Program-made: the position numbers and the translations under genes
Assembly (NCBI GenBank): GCA_026395295.1
Contig: JAPLYZ010000006.1
Span: forward strand, 21,836 to 85,835
Source of the DNA: Candidatus Staskawiczbacteria bacterium
Lineage (GTDB): Bacteria; Patescibacteriota; Minisyncoccia; Minisyncoccales; Staskawiczbacteraceae
DNA length: 64,000 nt
Reading direction: 5' to 3'
The notes under the pieces: model-generated
Told to the model about the DNA's origin: nothing
Database searches by the model: none
The model's input: only the letters and a program-made list of their open reading frames with translations
Part shown: positions 17,301 to 25,442 of the stretch, piece after piece
How the letters are laid out: each line of letters starts with the position of its first letter
Numbering within the stretch: position 1 is the stretch's first letter

Positions 17301-17612
17301 ATGAATGGGCTTCGCGCAGCGACACACCACAGAGAGTGCTTTCTAAGCAAGCCATTGGCGGACGGCAAGTCGCCGATGGACGTGTGGGTTCCAATAAAAT
17401 CTGGCGCAGGAAAATTCTTGCGCAAGGAGGCGCACCACATTGAGCGCCAGGACATGAAGAGGAAGTTGACAAAGCTGGACATCAGCGATTCGGACGAAGA
17501 CTTGTCGTTCGCCGTGCCATTTGTTCCGTTCGACTGGATGTATTGGAAAGCCCGTCAGAGTGCTTCTGTCCACGCGACCGCTACCCACGTCTACTTTAAC
17601 CGGAGCCGGTAA
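17301..17612 (+). CDS. GC-rich cassette C: hypothetical 103-aa ORF (coding status uncertain)
   Basis: Longest ORF in the GC-rich block. Competing ORFs exist on both strands, there is no SD, and no clean promoter was found. Confidence 0.3.
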   Translation: MNGLRAATHHRECFLSKPLADGKSPMDVWVPIKSGAGKFLRKEAHHIERQDMKRKLTKLDISDSDEDLSFAVPFVPFDWMYWKARQSASVHATATHVYFNRSR

Positions 17613-17634
17613 TTTGGTTTGCGGTACTTACAAA

Positions 17635-17679
17635 GGCTACTTATTCGCAGAAAGGCGAATAGGCAGCCTCTTTTTTTTT
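17635..17679 (+). terminator. Terminator of cassette C
   Basis: 14-bp stem ggctacttattcgc / gcgaataggcagcc with one mismatch, then a T9 run. Confidence 0.7.
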
Positions 17680-17730
17680 GTTTCGAAACATCATCTTGCT
17701 TCCTATTATGTTTTTTGGTACAATAGAAAT

Positions 17731-17946
17731 ATGAACTTTTGGAAATGGTTGCTATATTTAACTAATAATGAAAAAACGTCTCACCACGAACAGCTGTTTG
17801 ATGTGATTTTTTTGATCATAAATACAACTGCGCTTATTTTCGGAATTTTTTTGTTTATTGCTCACGACCAGCCGGAATGGGTGCCCATTTTGATAATTGA
17901 ATACACCTGGGCGTTTGATAATATGCGAAACAACAGGAATTACTAA
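17731..17946 (+). CDS. Small membrane protein (71 aa)
   Basis: The internal ATG at 17731 is preceded by TTGCTT-N17-TACAAT and a 6-nt gap. There is one clear hydrophobic helix. Confidence 0.5.
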   Translation: MNFWKWLLYLTNNEKTSHHEQLFDVIFLIINTTALIFGIFLFIAHDQPEWVPILIIEYTWAFDNMRNNRNY

Positions 17947-18020
17947 CGTCGTCTCGTCAAATAAGTTTCTAGCCGTCTCGCCGTTGAGGCGGTTTTTATT
18001 TTGTGGTAAAATAAAAACAT

Positions 18021-18569
18021 ATGTATTACGATGTCAAAATTTTTGAGGCTATTAATGGTTTGGCTAATCAGTCAAAGGTAGTGGACGCTCTGGGTGTATT
18101 TTTAGCAAATTATCTGCCATATTTATTGGTTGCGTTCTTGTTATCTTTTCTGGTTTGGCCGAAAAAAGACAAAACAAAAAACAGGCCAATGGTTTTTCTT
18201 TCTATAATAGCGGCCTGTGTTGCGCGGTTTGTGGTCAAAAATATAATGCTAATTTTTTACAACCGGCCAAGACCATTTGTAAACTTATCTTCAGCCCACA
18301 AACTTATATATGTAGATCCCTCCGAAAATTTGCAGTCTTTTCCTTCTGGCCATGTTATTTTCTTTTTTGCTTTATCAACCGTAATATATTCTTATAATAA
18401 GAAACTTGGTATTTTTTTCTTTGTTTGTTCTGCTATTGTGGGCATATCCAGAATATTTGTTGGAGTCCACTGGCCGAGTGATATTTTAACCGGGATTATT
18501 TTGGGAGTAGCAGTCGGCGTTGCCGTCAAATGGCTTTATGTAAAAGTAACCAGTCGAAAAGTTCAATAG
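18021..18569 (+). CDS. PAP2-family phosphatase (undecaprenyl-diphosphatase-like)
   Basis: KxxxxxxRP (NRPRP), PSGH and SRIFVGVHWPSD motifs, and multiple TM helices. Confidence 0.85.
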   Translation: MYYDVKIFEAINGLANQSKVVDALGVFLANYLPYLLVAFLLSFLVWPKKDKTKNRPMVFLSIIAACVARFVVKNIMLIFYNRPRPFVNLSSAHKLIYVDPSENLQSFPSGHVIFFFALSTVIYSYNKKLGIFFFVCSAIVGISRIFVGVHWPSDILTGIILGVAVGVAVKWLYVKVTSRKVQ

Positions 18570-18644
18570 CGCGTCTAATGGAATATACTGCTTGCACCAA
18601 GCGCGCCGAGCATAGCGTATTCCTTTATGTATTAAGCAATTAAA

Positions 18645-18706
18645 GAAAATTTCGGAAGCGGGGAGTGGCAAAGTCAGACTGAACTGCCCCTGCAACCGAA
18701 ATTTTC
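18645..18706 (+). promoter_or_regulatory. Nested hairpin in the 5' region of the 18714 gene
   Basis: Perfect 11-bp outer stem gaaaatttcgg / ccgaaattttc enclosing an inner gcgggg / cccctgc stem. It ends 7 nt before the ATG. Confidence 0.3.
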
Positions 18707-18713
18707 ACACACT

Positions 18714-19430
18714 ATGAAAACAAAAAAATATATTTCTTTGTTAGCGATAGTTGCGATAGCTTTAGGTCTCGTAGCTTTTGCCCCGGTTTTTGCAAAAAGT
18801 ATTCCCAATAATCCCGGGAGAGTGAACTATAATCGTGACCCGAATATTGTCGGCACTGTTTCGGTGATAAATGGTACGACGATAACTATGACTGGAAAAG
18901 CTAAAAAGACTAATGATGTCGCTGGAACTGCAACAACATATACAGTTAACGCCTCAAGCGCAAAAGTTATTAAAAATGGAGCAAGCTCTTCAATTTCAAG
19001 TATTGCAGTTGGAGACACAATAGTGGTTCAAGGAACAGTGAGCGGAACAAATATAGTTGCAAAAACTATTCGCGACGGAGCGCCTCAACCGGCAATTAAA
19101 GGCAATGGTCAGCCGGTCGTGGCTGGAAAAGTCACAAGCATCAGCGGAAGCACAATTACAATTGCCAATAACAGCAACGTTACCTATACAATAGACGCTT
19201 CAAATGCAAAGTTTATTGTTTCGGGAATAACAGGTCCGACACTTTCGAATATTGCAGTAGGAGATAGTGTGTTGGTCCAGGGAAATGTTAATGGAACATC
19301 GGTAGTAGCCTCTTCTGTAATTGACCAAAAAGCAAAGGTGAACAATACAGGAACCGGAAACAACAAAAAATCTCAACCCGGTTTTATGGGCGGTATCGCT
19401 AATTTTTTTAAGAACCTGTTTGGATTCTAA
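18714..19430 (+). CDS. Secreted protein with two DUF5666-like repeats
   Basis: Signal peptide. An internal duplication (GTVSVINGTTITMTG...SIAVGDTIVVQGTVSGTNIVAKTI versus GKVTSISGSTITIAN...NIAVGDSVLVQGNVNGTSVVASSV). Confidence 0.7.
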   Translation: MKTKKYISLLAIVAIALGLVAFAPVFAKSIPNNPGRVNYNRDPNIVGTVSVINGTTITMTGKAKKTNDVAGTATTYTVNASSAKVIKNGASSSISSIAVGDTIVVQGTVSGTNIVAKTIRDGAPQPAIKGNGQPVVAGKVTSISGSTITIANNSNVTYTIDASNAKFIVSGITGPTLSNIAVGDSVLVQGNVNGTSVVASSVIDQKAKVNNTGTGNNKKSQPGFMGGIANFFKNLFGF

Positions 19431-19503
19431 ATTCGCGTGCAACTAAAAAATCTGATATAATAGAATAACAAATAGTTATTTATAATTAATTTATATTTTT
19501 TTT

Positions 19504-21465
19504 ATGAATTATAAAAAAATTGTTATTTTATTCGTATCAGGTTTTTTGTTTATGCCGGTTTTTGCGGTTTATGCGGCGACTCCGGCGCTTTCGCTTACAA
19601 ATAACGGCGACGGAAACAACGTCCAACTGGTTGTGAACGGAGACCCAAGTGTCAGCGTGATACTATATTACACAAAAGTTGGAGCTGGCGCGCAAATATC
19701 GTCTGTAGGAAACACAAGCTCTGGCGGATATTTTTCAACAGCCATCAGCACGTCATCTTATCAAATTGTTCCAAGCAGTTCTGTTTATGTGACAACAAAT
19801 GGTATTAGCGGACCATCATCAAACAGCGTTATTTGGCCCATTTCAACCAGCAACTCTTCTTTGACCACAATTTCTTTAAGTCAAACAGGAGTGGTGTTGT
19901 CAGCAGGCCAATCTGCAACAATAACTTCAACAGGAGCAGGTTCTTTATATTTATCAAACAACTCCAATCCGCAAATTGCCAACGTCAACGTAAACGGAAG
20001 CGCGGTTACAATTTTGGCAAACGCCAACGGTTCAACTGTCTCGACGGTCTGCTCAACCAGTAATACTTCAAGTTGCGCCAGCATTTATGTAACCGTACAA
20101 AACGCCGGAGTTCAGGCTTTAACTTTCGGACAGAATAACGTTACAATTGTTTCCGGACAAAATGTGCCAATTTCAGTAAGCGGAGGAACGGGCGTTTATA
20201 TGGTCCAAAATAATCCCAATTCATCAATTGTGCAGACAAGCATAAGCGGTTCTACAATAACTTTAAGCACCACAGCCTCGTCTGGCTTTTCGTCAATAAC
20301 GGTTTGTTCAACAAACATGAGTTCGTGCGGGATTATAAACGTGACCGTTGGAACCGCAAGCTCCTCTATTATTTCTTTTAATCCCTCAAACCCGACAGTG
20401 TCTGTGGGGCTTGGAACCACTGTAACAATTTCTGGGTCGTCGGGAGGGGTATATTACATTTCCAGCAATTCAAATCCAAGCATTGCGCAAGTAACTCTTT
20501 CTTCAAGCACCTTGACTGTTGTAGGAAATACCATTGGTTCATCGGTTGTTACAGTTTGTTCTTCTTTGGGCGGTTGCGGTTCGCTTACAATAACAGTAAA
20601 CTATGTGGCTTCGGGCGGAACAATATCTTTAAGCCAGAGTTCTTTGACGCTTTTAACCGGGCAAACATTAAGTGTTGTAATTTCCGGCGGGGCATCGCCA
20701 TATAGTATCATAAATCCTTTACAAAATATTGCGCAAACAAGTCTTAACGGAAACATTTTGGCAGTTTACGGAGCCAGTGTTGGAAGTGATTCATTGAATG
20801 TCTGCTCAGCAGAGGGTGGATGCGTTTCTCTGTCTGTTTTGGTAAATGGTTCTGGGGTTAACAACTCGCAATTGGTTTTAAGCCAGAATAATTTATCTTT
20901 GACTTCCGGGCAAAACACAACAATTTCTATTTCCGGCAACGGAAGTTACTATATTTCAAGCAATTTAAATTCCAGTGTTGCATCAGCGCAAATAAACGGC
21001 AGTTCCGCAGTTATAACTGCCATAACAGCCGGCACCGACACCATTTCAATATGTCAAAGCAATGGGCAGTGCGTTAATTTATTGGTTACTGTTTCTGCGG
21101 TTGTAAGTCCGTTCAATCCGCCGGCAACTCCACCGGCCACCACTTTTTCTCGTTATTTGTTTTCCGGAGTCAATGGGGAAGACGTCTTGCAACTTCAAAA
21201 AATACTTTCTGCGAAGGGATTTCTATCTGCAACTCCAAATGGCCATTATGGCCCGGCAACTGTTGCAGGTGTCAAAAAATTACAGAAAGCCAATGGGCTT
21301 AGTCAGCTTGGAACAGTGGGCCCTTCAACCAGAAGTATTTTGAACCAAATTTTGAATTCAACCCCAAATGCTTCATCGGCCGCAATAAGAGAACAGCAAA
21401 TGGCAACAATCCAACAGCAAATACAGCAACTTATGGCTCAGATAGCTCAAATTCAAGGACAATAG
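19504..21465 (+). CDS. Large secreted S/T-rich protein: five tandem ~80-aa two-Cys Ig-like repeats plus a C-terminal peptidoglycan-binding domain
   Basis: Signal peptide. Repeats of the form LS.....L..GQ..T...SG....Y.......N..IA......GS...V....GS....VC....GC.S...TV. PG_binding_1-like GEDVLQLQKILSAKGFL...GHYGPATVAGVKKLQ. Gln-rich tail. Confidence 0.8.
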   Translation: MNYKKIVILFVSGFLFMPVFAVYAATPALSLTNNGDGNNVQLVVNGDPSVSVILYYTKVGAGAQISSVGNTSSGGYFSTAISTSSYQIVPSSSVYVTTNGISGPSSNSVIWPISTSNSSLTTISLSQTGVVLSAGQSATITSTGAGSLYLSNNSNPQIANVNVNGSAVTILANANGSTVSTVCSTSNTSSCASIYVTVQNAGVQALTFGQNNVTIVSGQNVPISVSGGTGVYMVQNNPNSSIVQTSISGSTITLSTTASSGFSSITVCSTNMSSCGIINVTVGTASSSIISFNPSNPTVSVGLGTTVTISGSSGGVYYISSNSNPSIAQVTLSSSTLTVVGNTIGSSVVTVCSSLGGCGSLTITVNYVASGGTISLSQSSLTLLTGQTLSVVISGGASPYSIINPLQNIAQTSLNGNILAVYGASVGSDSLNVCSAEGGCVSLSVLVNGSGVNNSQLVLSQNNLSLTSGQNTTISISGNGSYYISSNLNSSVASAQINGSSAVITAITAGTDTISICQSNGQCVNLLVTVSAVVSPFNPPATPPATTFSRYLFSGVNGEDVLQLQKILSAKGFLSATPNGHYGPATVAGVKKLQKANGLSQLGTVGPSTRSILNQILNSTPNASSAAIREQQMATIQQQIQQLMAQIAQIQGQ

Positions 21466-21487
21466 CTCCATTTATAAATCAAAGGTA

Positions 21488-21516
21488 TTGACAATACTGA
21501 TAATTTTTGTTAGAAT
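21488..21516 (+). promoter_or_regulatory. Promoter of GC-rich cassette D
   Basis: TTGACA (21488-21493), 17-nt spacer, TAGAAT (21511-21516). Confidence 0.65.
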
Positions 21517-21564
21517 ACAAGAAGATCGTTGAAAACGAAACGACACAGCCAAGATTGAATTAAT

Positions 21565-22149
21565 ATGAAATTGACAGAAGCAGTATATGACGCCATTTTT
21601 AATGGCACCAGCGATGGGATTTTGATCGTCAGTAGGGTGGGGATCGAAATTTGCAACAAGGCCTTCACCCTGATGACCGGGTACCAGCTGGGAGAATCAG
21701 CGAGTTTGAAAATCCCCGACTTACAGCCTCCGGGGAGCTCGCCGTCTATTTTCGATGAATTGAGGAAGACTTTCGAGGGAGGGGAAGGCGTGCAACTTGA
21801 TGTCGAATTTGCGCGGAAGAGCGGAGCCTTGTTTTTTGTGAATGCAAGTTTGTCCGCTGTTGAGTTGGACGGGCGAAGGTGTGTGCTGATGTCTCTCCGA
21901 GACATCACCGAGCGGAGAATGGCGGAAATCCAGCTCCGGCAAGCGCTTAGAGAGGCGAAAGTTTTGAGAGGCTTGCTTCCAATTTGCGCCGGTTGCAAGA
22001 AAATTCGGGATGACAAAAATCAGTGGACCCAAGTGGAGGCGTACGTTGCAAAACACACTGAAGCCACATTTACTCATGGCATGTGCCCGGATTGCATCAA
22101 GAAGTATTACCCAGACATTGAGATGGACGCCAGCGGTAACGTTGTGTAG
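21565..22149 (+). CDS. GC-rich cassette D: PAS-domain protein with a C-terminal Cys/His-rich module
   Basis: PAS-like N-terminal region (AIFNGTSDGILIV...SLRDITERRMAE), then LPICAGCKKIRDDKNQWTQVEAYVAKHTEATFTHGMCPDCIKKYYP. Confidence 0.7.
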   Translation: MKLTEAVYDAIFNGTSDGILIVSRVGIEICNKAFTLMTGYQLGESASLKIPDLQPPGSSPSIFDELRKTFEGGEGVQLDVEFARKSGALFFVNASLSAVELDGRRCVLMSLRDITERRMAEIQLRQALREAKVLRGLLPICAGCKKIRDDKNQWTQVEAYVAKHTEATFTHGMCPDCIKKYYPDIEMDASGNVV

Positions 22150-22170
22150 CCCTTTTGGGGCGGTTAGTAT

Positions 22171-22198
22171 GCGGAGCTTATTAAGCCCGCTTTTTTTT
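22171..22198 (+). terminator. Terminator of cassette D
   Basis: gcggagctt / aagcccgc stem followed by T8. Confidence 0.65.
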
Positions 22199-22266
22199 GT
22201 AAATAGTTTGCATTTTTGTTGTAAAAGGAGTATCAATAAGTAATAATAATTAAAAATTAAAAAACT

Positions 22267-23034
22267 ATGGATATTGTATTATTTTATATTTTAGTAGTTT
22301 TAGTTGTTGTTGCTCTTTCCGGCATTCGCGTGATTAAGGAATATGAAAGAGCAGTTATTTTCTTTTTGGGAAAACAAACCGTTATCAGGGGTCCTGGTCT
22401 TATATATTTGATTCCTGTCTTTGAAATAATGGTTAAAGTGAGTTTTAGGACAATAACAATGGGCATTCCGTCGCAAAAAATTATTACAAAAGATAATGTT
22501 TCCATTGATATTGCGGCCGTGGCATATTACCACATAGTTGATCCAAAAAAATCAGTTATTGCCATTGAAGATGTTTTTAGCGCGGTAAATCAAATAAGCC
22601 AAACAACTGTGAGAAATGTTGTGGGTCAATTCCAGCTTGACCAATTATTATCGCAAACTTCTGACATTAACAATCAAATAAAAAATGTCATTGACAATCA
22701 TACCGAGCCCTGGGGAGTTCAGGTAACAGCAGTGGAAATTAAAGACATTATTTTGCCTGACAACATGCAAAGAGCCATGGCAAAAGAAGCTGAGGCTGAA
22801 AGAGAGAGAAGGGCGAAAATTGTTGCCGCGCAAGGAGAGTTCCAAGCAGCTGAGAAATTGGGTCAAGCTGCAGATATCATTGTCAAACATCCTATAGCCT
22901 TGCAATTAAGAACCCTACAAACAATGTCTGAAATTGCAACAGAGAAGAATTCCACTATTATTTTTCCCGCTCAATTTATGACAACAGTTAAAGAAGTTAT
23001 AGACACCATAAAGGCTGACAACATAAGCAAGTAA
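22267..23034 (+). CDS. SPFH/band-7 (stomatin-like) protein
   Basis: N-terminal TM helix, then the SPFH core (IKEYERAVIFFLGK...), then an EAEAERERRAKI coiled coil. Confidence 0.9.
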   Translation: MDIVLFYILVVLVVVALSGIRVIKEYERAVIFFLGKQTVIRGPGLIYLIPVFEIMVKVSFRTITMGIPSQKIITKDNVSIDIAAVAYYHIVDPKKSVIAIEDVFSAVNQISQTTVRNVVGQFQLDQLLSQTSDINNQIKNVIDNHTEPWGVQVTAVEIKDIILPDNMQRAMAKEAEAERERRAKIVAAQGEFQAAEKLGQAADIIVKHPIALQLRTLQTMSEIATEKNSTIIFPAQFMTTVKEVIDTIKADNISK

Positions 23035-23049
23035 TTTTTCAAAAATAAA

Positions 23050-23084
23050 AACCGTCTTCGGGGTTGCCCCGAGGACGGTTTTTT
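23050..23084 (+). terminator. Intrinsic terminator
   Basis: 14-bp stem aaccgtcttcgggg / ccccgaggacggtt followed by a T-run. Confidence 0.8.
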
Positions 23085-23098
23085 GGTAAAGTTGATAT

Positions 23099-24229
23099 AT
23101 GAGCAAAGCCTTGGATATTCATAGAAAATTAAAGGGGAAGATAGAGATACGCCCGAAAATAAAAGTCTCAAAGAGGAACTTAGGTTTAATTTACACACCG
23201 GGTGTGGTTGAGGTGACAAGAGAGATTGCAAATAATCCTGAAAAGTCTTACGAATACACCGGTCGCGGAAATAACGTGGCAATTATTACCGATGGTTCGC
23301 GCACGCTTGGGGTTGGGAACACGGTTCCTGAAGCATCTTTGCCTGTAATGGAAGGCAAGGCAATGTTTTTGAAATTACTTGCAGGAGTTGATGCGTATCC
23401 CTTATGCTTAAACACGAAATCCAAAGAAGAGATTTTGCGAACTATTGAAATTTTATCTCCTAATTTTGGAGCTTTTAATTTGGAAGACACATTAGCTCCA
23501 AAAAGTTTAGAAATTATGGAGGAATTGAGGCAAAAAGATTTTATTGTTTTTCACGACGACGAACAAGGCGTGGCAATAGTTGTTTTGGCATCGCTATTGA
23601 ATGCCTTAAAAGTTGTCGGTAAAAAATTGGGGAAAATAAAAATTTGTGTTGCCGGAGCAGGAGCAGCAGGATATGGTATTTTTAAAATTTTAAATTATGC
23701 AGGCGTTAAGAATATGATATTTTTTGACGCTAAAGGAATTATATTCAAAGGCAGGGAAGGGGACAATAAATATTTAAAAGAAATAGCCAAAGGTACGAAC
23801 TTCGGAAACTTAAGAGGCGCGAAAATTGAGGCAATTTTAGGAGCAGATGTTTTTATTGGAGTTTCCGGAGTTGGAAATCTTTTGAAAAGTTCCGACATAA
23901 AGCTTATGGCTGAGAAACCAATAATTTTTGCCATTTCAAACCCCAATCCGGAGGTTTTGCCCGAAGAAATAGAAAAAATTGCAAAAGAATATATTTTCGC
24001 CAGCGGAAGCTCTAATTTTAAAAATCAAATTAACAACATTATTGTTTTCCCGGGAGTTTTTAGGGGGCTTTTAGATTACAGAAAAAAAATGGATCTGGCG
24101 CTGGAACTGAAAATTGCAGAATCAATAGCCTTCTTGGTCAAACAACCGAAAAAAAATAAAATTATACCAAACCCATTTGATAAAAGATTGGTTAAAACCA
24201 TAACCTTGTGCATTAAGAATTTTTGTTGA
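23099..24229 (+). CDS. NAD(P)-dependent malic enzyme (short MaeB-type)
   Basis: LIYTPGV, ITDGSRTLGVGN, PVMEGKAMFLK and GAGAAGYG Rossmann motifs. Confidence 0.9.
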   Translation: MSKALDIHRKLKGKIEIRPKIKVSKRNLGLIYTPGVVEVTREIANNPEKSYEYTGRGNNVAIITDGSRTLGVGNTVPEASLPVMEGKAMFLKLLAGVDAYPLCLNTKSKEEILRTIEILSPNFGAFNLEDTLAPKSLEIMEELRQKDFIVFHDDEQGVAIVVLASLLNALKVVGKKLGKIKICVAGAGAAGYGIFKILNYAGVKNMIFFDAKGIIFKGREGDNKYLKEIAKGTNFGNLRGAKIEAILGADVFIGVSGVGNLLKSSDIKLMAEKPIIFAISNPNPEVLPEEIEKIAKEYIFASGSSNFKNQINNIIVFPGVFRGLLDYRKKMDLALELKIAESIAFLVKQPKKNKIIPNPFDKRLVKTITLCIKNFC

Positions 24230-24254
24230 CTTTTATTATGGCGCGTTGTAATGT
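24226..24254 (+). promoter_or_regulatory. Promoter of GC-rich cassette E (overlaps the malic-enzyme stop codon)
   Basis: TTGACT (24226-24231), 17-nt spacer, TAATGT (24249-24254). Confidence 0.5.
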
Positions 24255-24300
24255 TTAATTAGTTCTTAAACAACCAAGCAAATAGAAAGAGAGAGCAGAT

Positions 24301-25353
24301 ATGAATACACCGAAATCGATAATTCCGAATGGGGCGCTTACTGCGTTAGTGACTCCGCTTTTACCCAATGGGGAAATATATTGGGGAGGGCTTGAAAAGC
24401 TTGTTGCCTTTCAGGCTTCCCAGGGAATCTCTGGTATAGTTCCAGTTGGGACAACCGGAGAATCCTCAACTTTGGCTGAGCATGAGCACAATGCGGTCAT
24501 CAGGCAAACGCTTAAGCTGGGCTTAGGTAAATTGTTGGTTATGCCCGGGTGCGGGTCAAACAACACCAAGGAAGCCATGCATTATGTGCAAGTGGCTGCC
24601 AAAAACGGCGCCAAGGCAGTTCTTTTAGTGGATTGCTACTACAACGGACCATCGTCCTTGGAACTTCGAAATGAGTACTATGGTCCGATCGCTAAAGCTT
24701 TTCCCGATGTTGCCATTGTTCCGTACATCATCCCGGGGCGGACAGGTTGCGCCTTGTGGCCCCAGGATTTGGCAGAACTCAATCGCGAATTTCCCAATGT
24801 CTGTGCGGTCAAAGAGGCGACCGGAGACTTGGCGAGAATGTCGCATACCAGGTTTTTGACCTCGCCGGAATTCCAGATTTTTTCAGGCGACGACGATAAG
24901 ACGCTTGAGATGATGTGTAGTAATCAAATCAGAGCATGCGGAGTGATTTCAGTAGTTTCAAATATCGCTCCGGCGGCAGTGCAGGTTATGTGCACAGCAG
25001 CCCTCAGGGGTGATTTCAACTCCGCCGTGGCAATGTACGAGAAGCTGGCTCCATTGTTCAATATTGTGACAGTTTTGGCGGACCGAAAAGTGGGGAATTC
25101 GTCGGCTGTTACCGACAAGTTTCGCAACCCGCTACCGATCAAGACCGCAATGAACGCGCTCGGAATGCCGGCAGGACCTTGCCGACAACCGCTTGGCAAA
25201 ATGACGCCAGCCGGCGCGCAAAAAGTTCGCGAGGCGCTCACCGAGGTCTGGCGGAAAAGTCCCGAGGTACTTTTACCCATACAAGGCTTCTTCGACGTCA
25301 ACATCGAGCAACGGCTTTCGGATGAAACTCTTTGGAGAGTTTTATGCTATTAG
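24301..25353 (+). CDS. GC-rich cassette E: DapA/N-acetylneuraminate-lyase family class I aldolase (350 aa, long C-terminal extension)
   Basis: GTTGES motif, the YYNGPS tyrosine motif, and the Schiff-base lysine context AVKEATGD. GC-rich codon usage (ccg/gcg/ggc). Confidence 0.8.
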   Translation: MNTPKSIIPNGALTALVTPLLPNGEIYWGGLEKLVAFQASQGISGIVPVGTTGESSTLAEHEHNAVIRQTLKLGLGKLLVMPGCGSNNTKEAMHYVQVAAKNGAKAVLLVDCYYNGPSSLELRNEYYGPIAKAFPDVAIVPYIIPGRTGCALWPQDLAELNREFPNVCAVKEATGDLARMSHTRFLTSPEFQIFSGDDDKTLEMMCSNQIRACGVISVVSNIAPAAVQVMCTAALRGDFNSAVAMYEKLAPLFNIVTVLADRKVGNSSAVTDKFRNPLPIKTAMNALGMPAGPCRQPLGKMTPAGAQKVREALTEVWRKSPEVLLPIQGFFDVNIEQRLSDETLWRVLCY

Positions 25354-25378
25354 GCTTTCGCGTTTGCGAGAGCAAGCA

Positions 25379-25409
25379 CCCAGTGCAGAAATGCACAGGG
25401 TCTTTTTTT
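25379..25409 (+). terminator. Terminator of cassette E
   Basis: cccagtgca-gaaa-tgcacaggg followed by tcttttttt. Confidence 0.7.
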
Positions 25410-25442
25410 GTCTGCGCGAGCATTTTCTGATATAATAAAACC

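Noticed and set aside
17301-17612. Possible RNase P RNA or another known housekeeping ncRNA in GC-rich block C. Local strings acagagag and gccgatgg are reminiscent of bacterial RNase P RNA.
   Set aside because: The universally conserved P4 elements (GGAAAGUCC-type 5' strand and ACAGAAxCCGGCUUA-type 3' strand) are absent on both strands, and the order of the similar strings does not fit. I also saw no tmRNA or SRP RNA signatures.
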